Below, piece by piece: positions 43,751 to 52,820 of a DNA stretch of 64,000 bases. The DNA lies in assembly GCA_963664365.1 (NCBI GenBank), contig OY761144.1, forward strand, positions 425,596 to 489,595, given 5' to 3'. Made by a program: the position numbers and the translations under genes. Source of the DNA: Dehalococcoidia bacterium. GTDB lineage: Bacteria > Chloroflexota > Dehalococcoidia > Lucifugimonadales > UBA1123. Each line of letters starts with the position of its first letter. Position 1 is the stretch's first letter. The notes below the pieces were generated by a model, which was not told the origin of the DNA, made no database searches, and saw only the letters and a list, made by a program, of their open reading frames with translations.

Positions 43751-45571
43751 GTGCTCAAGTCCACAAGCTGCGGAAGTCTCAGAACCGAACACGCAAAACA
43801 GGCGGTTACACTGGCCGGATGGGTTCACCGACGCCGCAACCACGGCTCGCTGATATTCATCGACCTCAGAGACCGTGACGGCATCACCCAGATCGTGTTC
43901 AATCCCGAGATCGCCCCGGACGCGCACAGAACCGCCGAGTCGTTCCGCAGCGAATGGGTCGTCCAGGTAAAGGGCGAAGTATCGCTGCGTCCCGAAGGGA
44001 CCGAGAACAGGAACATCCAGACCGGCGGTATCGAAATAATCGCAGCCGAGGCGACCGTCTTGAACGAGTCGCTTACCCCGCCGTTCTATGTCAACGAAGA
44101 CTCCGAGGTGGACGAGCTGCTGCGGCTCCAGTACCGATACCTGGACCTCCGACGGCCCGCGATGCGTGACGCGCTGATCGTCCGGCACAGGGTGGTCAAG
44201 TTCATCAGGGACTTCCTGGACGAGCGGGGATTCCTTGAAGTCGAGACCCCGATTCTCATCAAGAGCACCCCGGAGGGCGCAAGGGACTACCTTGTGCCCA
44301 GCCGACTCTACCCAGGCACATTCTACGCCCTTCCGCAGTCTCCCCAGCAGCTCAAGCAGCTTCTCATGGCGGCTGGAGTCGAGAGGTACTTCCAGATCGC
44401 TCGCTGCTTCAGAGACGAGGACCTTCGCGCCGACCGGCAGCCCGAGCACACCCAGCTGGACCTGGAGATGAGTTTCGTCGATGAAAAGGACGTCTTGGAC
44501 CTCATCGAGGAGCTGTTTACGGCGATTGTCGAGACTGTGGCGCCGGACAAGGCCGTGCCGAGTCCATTTCCGCGCCTCACCTATGCGGAGGCGATGGAGT
44601 CGTACGGCACCGACAAGCCGGACCTGCGGTTTGGCCTGAAGATGTCCGATCTGTCGGATATCGCCGCGAATACCGATTTCCGGGTCTTTACGTCCGCCGT
44701 ACAAAGTGGAGGGATTGTCAAAGGCTTCTGCGCGCCCGGATGCGCCACCTACTCCCGTCGTCAGACGGACGAGCTTATCGAGTTCGTCAAGGCCTGGGGC
44801 GCCCGGGGACTCGTCACGATAGCCCTGAATGGCGACGGCTCGGTCGATGACCTGACCGAGGACCAGATAAGGTCTTCCGCTGCGCGCTTTCTGACCCTGG
44901 ACCAGGTCAAGGAGATGGCGCGCCGGACGGGCGCTGACGTCGGCGATATAATCTTGATCGTAGCCGGACCTGAGAAGACTACCAACCAGGCCCTCAGCAG
45001 CCTCCGGCATGAGATGGGCAAACGGCTGGAGATGGCTGACCCGAACATTGTTGCATTCGCCTTCATTACCGACTTCCCTCTGTTCGAATGGGACGATAAT
45101 CAGGGCCGGTGGGACGCAATGCATCACCCATTCTCCATGCCCAAAGAAGGTACCGAGCAGTTCATCGAGACCGATCCCGCAAAGGTGATCGGCCATCTTT
45201 ACGACCTCGTCGCCAATGGACACGAGCTGGCCAGCGGAAGCATCCGAATCCACATGCGGGAGCTCCAGGAAAGGGTGTTCAAGGTGTTGGGGTACACGCC
45301 CGACGAAGTGGCCCGGCGCTTCGGGCAGCTCCTCACGGCATTCGAGTACGGCACGCCCCCTCACGGAGGCATAGCGCCTGGGATCGACAGACTGGTTATG
45401 GTCCTAACCGGCATGGACAACATACGCGATGTTATCGCGTTCCCAAAGACCCAGAACGGCGTCGATCCGTTATTTGGCGCGCCGGGAACTGTGGATCAAT
45501 TGCAGCTGGACGAGCTGGGATTGAGCGTAACTTCCAATCGGAGTTCTGACGGTCCGTCAGACGGTGGCTAG
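43751..45571 (+). CDS. aspS: Aspartate--tRNA ligase
   Basis: GTG start. CGSLRTEHAKQAVTLAGWVHRRRNHGSLIFIDLRDRDG, class II motifs (FRDEDLRADRQPEHTQLD; GIAPGIDRLVM). 606 aa. Confidence 0.9.
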   Translation: MLKSTSCGSLRTEHAKQAVTLAGWVHRRRNHGSLIFIDLRDRDGITQIVFNPEIAPDAHRTAESFRSEWVVQVKGEVSLRPEGTENRNIQTGGIEIIAAEATVLNESLTPPFYVNEDSEVDELLRLQYRYLDLRRPAMRDALIVRHRVVKFIRDFLDERGFLEVETPILIKSTPEGARDYLVPSRLYPGTFYALPQSPQQLKQLLMAAGVERYFQIARCFRDEDLRADRQPEHTQLDLEMSFVDEKDVLDLIEELFTAIVETVAPDKAVPSPFPRLTYAEAMESYGTDKPDLRFGLKMSDLSDIAANTDFRVFTSAVQSGGIVKGFCAPGCATYSRRQTDELIEFVKAWGARGLVTIALNGDGSVDDLTEDQIRSSAARFLTLDQVKEMARRTGADVGDIILIVAGPEKTTNQALSSLRHEMGKRLEMADPNIVAFAFITDFPLFEWDDNQGRWDAMHHPFSMPKEGTEQFIETDPAKVIGHLYDLVANGHELASGSIRIHMRELQERVFKVLGYTPDEVARRFGQLLTAFEYGTPPHGGIAPGIDRLVMVLTGMDNIRDVIAFPKTQNGVDPLFGAPGTVDQLQLDELGLSVTSNRSSDGPSDGG

Positions 45572-45738
45572 CCTGGCGCTATCTGCTTTCCCCGAGTAAA
45601 CCGACCTGTGCCCTGTTGCCTGAGCCTAGATGAAACGACTCATCCGGGCCCCGCGAGCAAGTTGCAGGGTCTTTTGATTGTCGGGTACGGCACAAGTGAA
45701 GGGTTGTCAATCACCCCCGGCCTCCGCCGGGGCAGGCT

Positions 45739-46641
45739 CTACCCTTCGCCGCCCCTGAGCCTGGGGTCGAGGAGGTCCCGCAGCGCGTCGCCGAACATGT
45801 TTAGACAGTAAACGGTAATAGTCAGGGCAAGACCAGGCCAGAGAGCCAGGTGTGGCGCCATCTCCATGAACTGGCGCCCTTCCATGCTGAGCAGACCACC
45901 CCAGTCAGGCCTCCCGGGAGGCAGACCGTATCCGAGGAAGCTCAGAGAAGCCACACTCAGGATGTTGCCTCCTATGCTTATCGAGAATATGACGATTATG
46001 ATAGGCATAATATTGGGCAGGACATGCCGGATGAGTGTTCTCCATTTTGTGGAGCCAATCGCCTCCGCCGCCTGAAAATACACATTCTCTTTTACACCAA
46101 TAACGGCGCCTCTGACTACTCTTGAGCCGCCGATGCCTCCTGCTATCCCCAGGACCATTATTATCTGTGGCGTACCCCGCCCCACTAGGGACATTATGGT
46201 TAACAACAGGAGCAGTCCCGGGAAAGCCATCCAGGCATCGACAAATCTCTGCATAATCAGGTCCAATTTGCCACCAAGGAATCCTGAAGCGCCGCCTATC
46301 AGGAGAGCGACCACAACATTAACAGCGGTCGCTGACAGACCGACAAGTAACGAAAGACGAGCCCCTTGGATAATGCGGCTCAAGTAGTCTCGCCCCAACT
46401 GGTCGGTACCCAGGAGATACCGGGCTGATGGGGCCTGCAGCCTGTCTACCAGGTGTTGTTCATCATATGGATAAGGAGCCAAAACATCGGCAAAGATACT
46501 GACAAGAATCAATATCAATATGATAATCCCGCAGATAGTACCCAGTGGCTTCTCCTTCACCAGCCTGATAAAGAATTCAGCCAGCCGGGAACGTCTCTTT
46601 GGCGCAATTACTGCTGATGGTATCCCTATGGCGTCGCTCAT
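45739..46641 (-). CDS. Peptide/nickel-type ABC transporter permease (DppC/OppC-like)
   Basis: 300 aa. N-terminal helix plus a TMD with the EAA-type loop (AAEAIGSTKWRTLIRHVLPN). Confidence 0.85.
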   Translation of the reverse strand: MSDAIGIPSAVIAPKRRSRLAEFFIRLVKEKPLGTICGIIILILILVSIFADVLAPYPYDEQHLVDRLQAPSARYLLGTDQLGRDYLSRIIQGARLSLLVGLSATAVNVVVALLIGGASGFLGGKLDLIMQRFVDAWMAFPGLLLLLTIMSLVGRGTPQIIMVLGIAGGIGGSRVVRGAVIGVKENVYFQAAEAIGSTKWRTLIRHVLPNIMPIIIVIFSISIGGNILSVASLSFLGYGLPPGRPDWGGLLSMEGRQFMEMAPHLALWPGLALTITVYCLNMFGDALRDLLDPRLRGGEG

Positions 46642-46650
46642 GTTCCCCCT

Positions 46651-47619
46651 TTAGCTGTATCGGACCCTGGGGTCTAAATAAGGATAAATCAGGTCGATCA
46701 TTAGATTGGCCCCCATAACCGCGGTGCCGAAAACCAGGTTTACTGCGGATACCACCGAATAGTCTCTGTCATTGAGGGCATACACCATGAGACGACCTAA
46801 CCCCGGCAGGTTAAATATGTTCTCTATGATAACGGCGCCGCCTAGCAGGATAGGCAACTGCAGGCCTATCAGGGTAACTACCGGGATGAACGCATTCTTA
46901 ACGGCGTGTCTCAGAACAACTACCCTCTCATTGAGACCCTTGGACCAGGCGGTCCTGATATAGTCTTGCCTGAGCACCTCCAGCATCATGGTGCGCGTCA
47001 TCCGCATTGTGCTTGCAGCCGTGGCCGTTCCCAGAATCAGGCTGGGAATGATGAACACCCCGAGATTCCCCAGCGGGTCTTCCGTGAAAGGAATCATTTC
47101 CATCGGTGGCGACCAGCCCCACCAGATTGCCGGGTAGACCATCACCATAATTCCCAGCCAGAAGTTAGGCGTTGCCAGACCGATGATGGCGACCGAGCGC
47201 CCTATGTAGTCGGCGGCGGTATCCTGGCGAATTGCCGAGTAGATGCCGACGGGCAGGGCTATCATCAGCCCGATCACGATTGCCATGACACCCAGCTCAA
47301 TGGTTACTGGCAGTCTACCTATTATCCTCTCCTTTATCTCCCAACGGCTGGCAAACAGTGATCTGCCAAAGCTGCCGTGCAGCAAAATACCTCCTATCCA
47401 GCGTCCATACTGCACGTGGACAGGCACGTCTAATCCCAGCTCATGCTCAAGAGCTTCACGGTCAACCTCACCCCCCCCGACACCCATATGCTGCATCCTA
47501 GCCAACATTACGTCTATTGCATCGCCCGGGATGAAGCGGACCGTGAGAAAGACCAGGACGGTCAATATAAACAGGGTGGGGATTGCCAGCAATAACCGCC
47601 TGATGAGATAGGCTCTCAT
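46651..47619 (-). CDS. Peptide/nickel-type ABC transporter permease (DppB/OppB-like)
   Basis: MRAYLIRRLLLAIPTLFILTVLVFL and the EAA loop (DYIRTAWSKGLNERVVVLRHAVKNA). Confidence 0.85.
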   Translation of the reverse strand: MRAYLIRRLLLAIPTLFILTVLVFLTVRFIPGDAIDVMLARMQHMGVGGGEVDREALEHELGLDVPVHVQYGRWIGGILLHGSFGRSLFASRWEIKERIIGRLPVTIELGVMAIVIGLMIALPVGIYSAIRQDTAADYIGRSVAIIGLATPNFWLGIMVMVYPAIWWGWSPPMEMIPFTEDPLGNLGVFIIPSLILGTATAASTMRMTRTMMLEVLRQDYIRTAWSKGLNERVVVLRHAVKNAFIPVVTLIGLQLPILLGGAVIIENIFNLPGLGRLMVYALNDRDYSVVSAVNLVFGTAVMGANLMIDLIYPYLDPRVRYS

Positions 47620-47858
47620 GTGCTACACCTCATTGCGATTTCCGCCGTCATTGCCATTCCTCTTTTGTCATTGCGAGCCATTCCACTGAAGGGCGTGGCA
47701 ATCTCGTCCCCTCTTTCCCCCGTCATTGCAGTTTATATCCCAACGACGTCATTCCGGGCTTGACCCGAAATCTAGGGGACCTACCCAAGAACTCCTGGAT
47801 CCCGGATCAAGTCCGGGATGACAGTAAGAAAGGACTCCTCTCATAATTCAATGAGTAA

Positions 47859-47895
47859 GGGAGCCGGGAGGCTCAAGCCTCCCGGCTCCCTTTTT
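47859..47895. terminator. Strong intra-operon hairpin between the SBP and permease genes (possible attenuator or mRNA-stability element)
   Basis: GGGAGCCGGGAGGC-tcaa-GCCTCCCGGCTCCC followed by TTTTT on the plus strand. It sits 30 nt downstream of the SBP stop on the minus strand. Confidence 0.5.
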
Positions 47896-47925
47896 CCCCG
47901 AGGTCAGCCACAAGGGGTGAAACCC

Positions 47926-50079
47926 CTAATAACCCATTGCCTCCTTCAGCTCACTATCAATCCAGAAGCGGGCAAGGAGGGCCCAACGGTCCATGTCTCC
48001 CAGGTCGACTTCACCGTTGTAACCTATGACCCACGGCTGGCGCACGTTAAACTGCGGAACTCTGCTACCCCACAGACGCCAGTGTTGTTCTGTACTGTAG
48101 ATAGCTGCCTCTATAACCAGCCTCTGCTGCTCCTCAAGGGTGGTAGCGGCTTCGGCGGCTTCAACCATGGCGTCATAAACCGGGTCATTGACATTGGAGG
48201 TGTTCCATCCTGCATCCGAGGTATGAAATCGTAGCTGCCCCATAGGGTTCCACTCGTACGCCGTAGTATTAGGGATCATATGTTCATAAGTACCTTCCGT
48301 TATACCAGGGCCCCAAGCAGCAGACTCTATCGGCTTAAGCTCTACATCAATGCCAATCTCATCATAGTATTTTGCGGCCAGTTCCATATAGCTAGCATCA
48401 TGCGGCCCCGGAACGAACACCAGACCGATCTTAAATCTAATGCCGTCCGCGCCGCGCTTGTATCCAGCCGCATCAAGCAACGCTTCTGCCCTTTCCGGGT
48501 CATAGTTAAAGTATCCCTGGAGCTCTGCGGGCCACTCTTCAAATGGGACCGTATACCCGATCAAAGCATCCCCCCAACCCGTCTGAGGTCTCGGGTCTCC
48601 ATAACCCCTAAAGTAGATATTGTTAATTGTCTCATGGTCCAGTGCCATCTGCATTGCCTGGCGCACCCTGAGGTCGTTAGTGGGCGCCTTTTGCGTGTTA
48701 ACAGCAAAAGCCGCTTCCGACCGATATGAAAATGGCTCCAGTACGATTTCGGGGTTGGTCTGCGCGAGGCTCACTAGAGTGTCGATAGACTTTATTTGAG
48801 TCCCCGCCGCCACATGCAGGAAATCAATCTTACCCGAGCGCATTGCCGCCAGACGTGTTGCTTCCTCTGGCATCATCAGGAACCTTAACCCGTCAATATA
48901 GGGCAGGCGGTTTTCCGGGTATTTTTCGTCGTAGCCCCAGTAGTTAGGATTCTTGACATAGGTCATAGAGCTGCCCTCTACCCAGTCAGTCAGCTCATAG
49001 GGCCCGGTGCCGACCAGCTTCGCCCATTCCTCAAACTCAAGCGTGCCGCCCGATTCTTCGAGTACCTCGGGGGGGTAAATCAAAGCAGTGTTGACGGTGA
49101 GGATAGCCTTCAGCGCAACCAACAAGCTTGGCGCCTTCAGCTTAAAGATAACCGTATATTTGTCGGTCGCCGTTACCGATTCGATTCCCACATCGTCAAG
49201 TGGACCGTCCCTGGCAACAAATTCGCTACCTTTGGTAAAGCCGCTGCCGAGCCCCAAATAACGGTGATAGTTATATTCGATATCCTGGGCAGTTAGCTCC
49301 CGACCGTTCATCGGTGCCTTATTATGCCAGTTAACGCCCTGGCGGATGTTGAAGGTATAGGTGAGGCCGTCCGGGGAAATATCCCAGCTTTCCGCCAGCC
49401 GCCCTATTATGATACTATCAGGTATGTACGTTGTTCTAAAGTTAAATACGTCCCTAGGCGTTGCCCAGTCCGCGATGCCTAGCTTCTCATTAATCATCGC
49501 GCTGAAGTCTGCGGCACCATGCCCATACCAGGTGTCAACACCCGTATGAGGGTCCGCGCTGCGGCCTATGTGCAGTGCCCCGCCATACTGTGGCGCCGAC
49601 ACCACCTTGCCGGTGGTCGGGTCGGTCACATACCCCATCGGCACCTCTTTCACGACCTCTTTCTCCACCACCACGGTCTCGCCGGGGACCTCGACGGTCT
49701 TCACGACCTCCTTCTCCACCACCACGGTCTGGCCCGGGACCTCAACGGTCTTGACGACCTCTTTGACGACGGTCTCGCCGGGCACCTCGACGGTCTTGAC
49801 GACCTCTTCTTTCACCACGACGGTCTCGCCCGGAACCTCAACGGTCTCAGTTACCACTTTTTCTACCACCACGGTCTCGCCCGGGACCTGCACCTCTTTG
49901 ACGACCTCCTGGATCACGGTCTCGCCCGGGACCTCGACGGTCTTGATGACCTCTTTCTCGACTACCACGGTCTCGCCGGGGACCTCGATTGTTTCTGAAC
50001 TGCATGCCGCGGCGACCGCCAACAGCATTGCGACTCCTGCAACTACGACCAGCCAACGCATTGAATTAGATGTAAGCAT
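47926..50079 (-). CDS. ABC transporter substrate-binding lipoprotein, family 5 (peptide/nickel type) with a repetitive N-terminal tether
   Basis: 717 aa. Signal peptide plus lipobox (LLAVAAACSS), seven VEVPGETVVVEKEVVKT-type repeats, then an SBP_bac_5-like domain. Confidence 0.85.
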   Translation of the reverse strand: MLTSNSMRWLVVVAGVAMLLAVAAACSSETIEVPGETVVVEKEVIKTVEVPGETVIQEVVKEVQVPGETVVVEKVVTETVEVPGETVVVKEEVVKTVEVPGETVVKEVVKTVEVPGQTVVVEKEVVKTVEVPGETVVVEKEVVKEVPMGYVTDPTTGKVVSAPQYGGALHIGRSADPHTGVDTWYGHGAADFSAMINEKLGIADWATPRDVFNFRTTYIPDSIIIGRLAESWDISPDGLTYTFNIRQGVNWHNKAPMNGRELTAQDIEYNYHRYLGLGSGFTKGSEFVARDGPLDDVGIESVTATDKYTVIFKLKAPSLLVALKAILTVNTALIYPPEVLEESGGTLEFEEWAKLVGTGPYELTDWVEGSSMTYVKNPNYWGYDEKYPENRLPYIDGLRFLMMPEEATRLAAMRSGKIDFLHVAAGTQIKSIDTLVSLAQTNPEIVLEPFSYRSEAAFAVNTQKAPTNDLRVRQAMQMALDHETINNIYFRGYGDPRPQTGWGDALIGYTVPFEEWPAELQGYFNYDPERAEALLDAAGYKRGADGIRFKIGLVFVPGPHDASYMELAAKYYDEIGIDVELKPIESAAWGPGITEGTYEHMIPNTTAYEWNPMGQLRFHTSDAGWNTSNVNDPVYDAMVEAAEAATTLEEQQRLVIEAAIYSTEQHWRLWGSRVPQFNVRQPWVIGYNGEVDLGDMDRWALLARFWIDSELKEAMGY
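49645..49995 (-). repeat. Seven in-frame tandem repeats (15-19 aa, consensus VEVPGETVVVEKEVVKT) in the SBP tether
   Basis: Read directly from the translation, residues 29-145 of the ORF. Confidence 0.85.
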
Positions 50080-50562
50080 GTCGATGCCTCCTTCTGGGCG
50101 CCCACAAGGGTCGCCCCTACGTTCTAGGCGCCCACAAGAGGCACCCTAGTCGAAACGGTCCGCAACGGCGCGGAACCTGTCCCCATGACGGGATGTGAGA
50201 GTTATACCACTTTCTCCCCCCCCGTCAAGCGTTGAGATATCGAGGGGTACATGCAAGGGATAATGGGCAAGGCGTAAGGGGATGTTTGAAGCAGGATTTT
50301 GGGGAATTTTGGGATGGGGAGGATTTTGGCTCTCACCGCCCGGACCGCGATTCAACATCCTGTCTTAGCTTGGAACAGGTGAGCAGGACGAAAAGTCAGC
50401 ATGGCCTAGTCAGAGCAGAATTGGGCACGATGGACTGTGCCAGAGTATATGCGGGTTCCGGACAATCGAAAGGCCCCGCGAGCAAGTTGCGACTCCGTCA
50501 CATTGCAAACTCCGATTGTGTTATCATTGTGACGGATTTTTCAAACTTGCGAAGGTGTACTG

Positions 50563-51045
50563 TTGACTTCCATCAGTGAAGCGGAGAGAGAGCGGCTCCT
50601 CAACGCCATCCACAATCAGCGGAGGCCCACCGTAACGGTTCTGTCGTCGCTGCTGGCGGCTCAGGACGAGTTGGGTTACATACCGGACGCGGCCATCGAG
50701 GAGGTCGCCGCCCTCAACGACACGACCATCAACGAAGTCTGGGGCGTAGCATCCTTCTACACCAACTTCAGGTTCACGCCGCCCGGAAGTCACAACGTCG
50801 AAGTGTGCTGGGGTCCCACCTGCCATCTCATGGGCGCGGCCCAGATTCTGAAACGCATCATGGACCAACTCGGACTCGAAGATGAGGGGGAGACCGCCGA
50901 CAACCGCATATCGTTCAAGTTCAATACGTGCCTCGGAGCCTGCTCCAACGCCCCGGTGATGAGCATAGACCACCACCTGATCGGGCGTCTGACGCCGGAT
51001 TCGGCATCGGAGAGGGTTCGTCAGGTACAGAGCGCGCAGACCTAG
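50563..51045 (+). CDS. NuoE/HoxE-type [2Fe-2S] thioredoxin-like subunit
   Basis: TTG start. Cys motifs CWGPTCH and CLGACSNAP. 160 aa. Confidence 0.8.
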   Translation: MTSISEAERERLLNAIHNQRRPTVTVLSSLLAAQDELGYIPDAAIEEVAALNDTTINEVWGVASFYTNFRFTPPGSHNVEVCWGPTCHLMGAAQILKRIMDQLGLEDEGETADNRISFKFNTCLGACSNAPVMSIDHHLIGRLTPDSASERVRQVQSAQT

Positions 51046-51071
51046 CGACGGAACAGCAACATTTCCTAAGA

Positions 51072-52820
51072 ATGTCCAGCTACGAAGAAATAAAGAGGGC
51101 CGCCGATGACCGGTGGCAGCATCTCGAAGAGGGGCCGAGCCCTTGGATTCGGGTCGGGACCGCGATGTGCGGCCAGTCATCGGGCGCGCTCGAAGTCATC
51201 GAAACCCTCCGCGCCGAATTAGACCGACAGGGAATCACTGCCCACGTTGACGAAGTCGGATGCTTGGGAATCTGCTACGCCGAGCCGTTGCTGGACGTTC
51301 TAAATCCCGGGACCAAGTCGCGTCTGTTCTTCGGCAATGTGACGCCTGATGACGTTCCGGAGATCGTATCTTCGTATATTGCCGAATCCCGGATTGGGAC
51401 CGACAAAGCGCTCGGATACTTGGGAGAGGAGCCGATAGACGGAGCGCCGGACCTGTCGGAGACGCCGGGGATCAAACTCCAGAACCGCATCGCGCTCAGA
51501 AACGCCGGACACATCGCGCCCGGAGACATCTACCAGTACATAGCCAACGGCGGCTACGCCGGCATTCATAAGGCTCTGACCGAGATGGAGCCGGACGACG
51601 TCATAAAGGCGGTGTCCGACTCCGGCCTTCGCGGGCGCGGCGGGGCGGCGTTCCCGACGGGCGTCAAGTGGAGTTTCATGGTTCGGTCGCCCGGACCTCC
51701 TAAGTACATGCTCTGCAACTGCGAAGAGGGCGACCCCGGCGCATACAACGACAAGGGTATCTTGGAGAGCGACCCGCATACCCTGTTGGAAGGCTTGATG
51801 ATTGGCGGCTACGCGACGCGAGCCACCAACGGGATCGTGTTCATAAGACACGGCCACGACGGGCCAATTGACCGCACCGAAGAGGCGATAAGGCAGGCAT
51901 ACGAGGCGGGCATCCTCGGCAAGGATATATTCGGCACGGGGTTCGACTTCGATATTGAGGTCGCCCTGACCGGCGAGTCCTACGTGGCCGGTGAAGAGAC
52001 CGCTCTGATGGAGGCCATAGAGGGCAAGCGGTCTCAACCCAGGTACCGCCCACCCTTCCCGGCTGCTTATGGCGTTTGGGGCTACCCATCCACAATCAAC
52101 AACGTCAAGACGTACTCCTACGCTCCTCAGATCATCTCGCAAGGCGCCGAGTGGTTCAGCTCCATCGGCGTCAACCGGAGCACCGGCACGGCGATCATCT
52201 GTCTGAACGGCAACGTCACGTACCCCGGCCTCTACGAGGTCCCGATGGGCCTCACGTTGGGGGAAGTCATAGACGACATCGGCGGCGGCGTTCCCAACGG
52301 CAAGCGACTCAAGCTGCTCCAGACCGGCGGGCCGCTCGGCGGGGTTCTCAGCGCGGAGAGCATGTCCGTACATTTGGACTTCGACGAGATGCGAGACGCC
52401 GGAGCGATACTCGGCTCGGGCGGCATCATCGTTGGCGACGAGGACGTTTGCGCCGTCGATCTGACCCGCGTGCTCGTCGCGTTCTGTCAGTTCGAGTCCT
52501 GCGGCAAGTGCTTCCCGTGCCGACTCGGTATGGAGCACCTCTTGGAGATCACCGAGCGTATCGCGCGATGTGAGAGCCGTCCCGGAGACCTCGACCTGAT
52601 GCGCTCGGTCGGAACTACCATGGAGGCCAGTTCCCTGTGCGGCCACGGCCAGCTTGGATTCGGCCCAATACGGTCGGCGCTGACCCACTTCGAGGCGGAC
52701 TTCATCTCTCACATAGAGCATGGCGCGTGTCCGACCGGCAGCTGCCTCGGGCCGCATATAGCCCCCAAGAATACGAGACCTTACGCTCACGACTTCGTTC
52801 CCGGAGGTCAGAATGGCTGA
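51072..52820 (+). CDS. NuoF/HoxF/FdsB-type NAD(H)-binding FMN iron-sulfur flavoprotein with an N-terminal thioredoxin-like extension
   Basis: GLRGRGGAAFPTG, NCEEGDPGAY, and the SLBB and C-terminal 4Fe-4S motif ESCGKCFPCRLG. Start at ATG 51072. Confidence 0.85.
   Translation: MSSYEEIKRAADDRWQHLEEGPSPWIRVGTAMCGQSSGALEVIETLRAELDRQGITAHVDEVGCLGICYAEPLLDVLNPGTKSRLFFGNVTPDDVPEIVSSYIAESRIGTDKALGYLGEEPIDGAPDLSETPGIKLQNRIALRNAGHIAPGDIYQYIANGGYAGIHKALTEMEPDDVIKAVSDSGLRGRGGAAFPTGVKWSFMVRSPGPPKYMLCNCEEGDPGAYNDKGILESDPHTLLEGLMIGGYATRATNGIVFIRHGHDGPIDRTEEAIRQAYEAGILGKDIFGTGFDFDIEVALTGESYVAGEETALMEAIEGKRSQPRYRPPFPAAYGVWGYPSTINNVKTYSYAPQIISQGAEWFSSIGVNRSTGTAIICLNGNVTYPGLYEVPMGLTLGEVIDDIGGGVPNGKRLKLLQTGGPLGGVLSAESMSVHLDFDEMRDAGAILGSGGIIVGDEDVCAVDLTRVLVAFCQFESCGKCFPCRLGMEHLLEITERIARCESRPGDLDLMRSVGTTMEASSLCGHGQLGFGPIRSALTHFEADFISHIEHGACPTGSCLGPHIAPKNTRPYAHDFVPGGQNG

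Noticed and set aside
43667-45364. 565-aa ORF antisense to aspS. The same applies to 51300-52829 (antisense to nuoF-like), 54001-55020 (antisense to the FdhA-like gene), 10842-12194 (antisense to DapA-like), 61869-62555 and 62556-63566 (antisense to leuS), and 6165-7274 (antisense to coxL-like)
   Set aside because: Long antisense ORFs are expected in GC-rich DNA. In each case the sense strand carries unambiguous family motifs, and the antisense products have no motifs and skewed composition.
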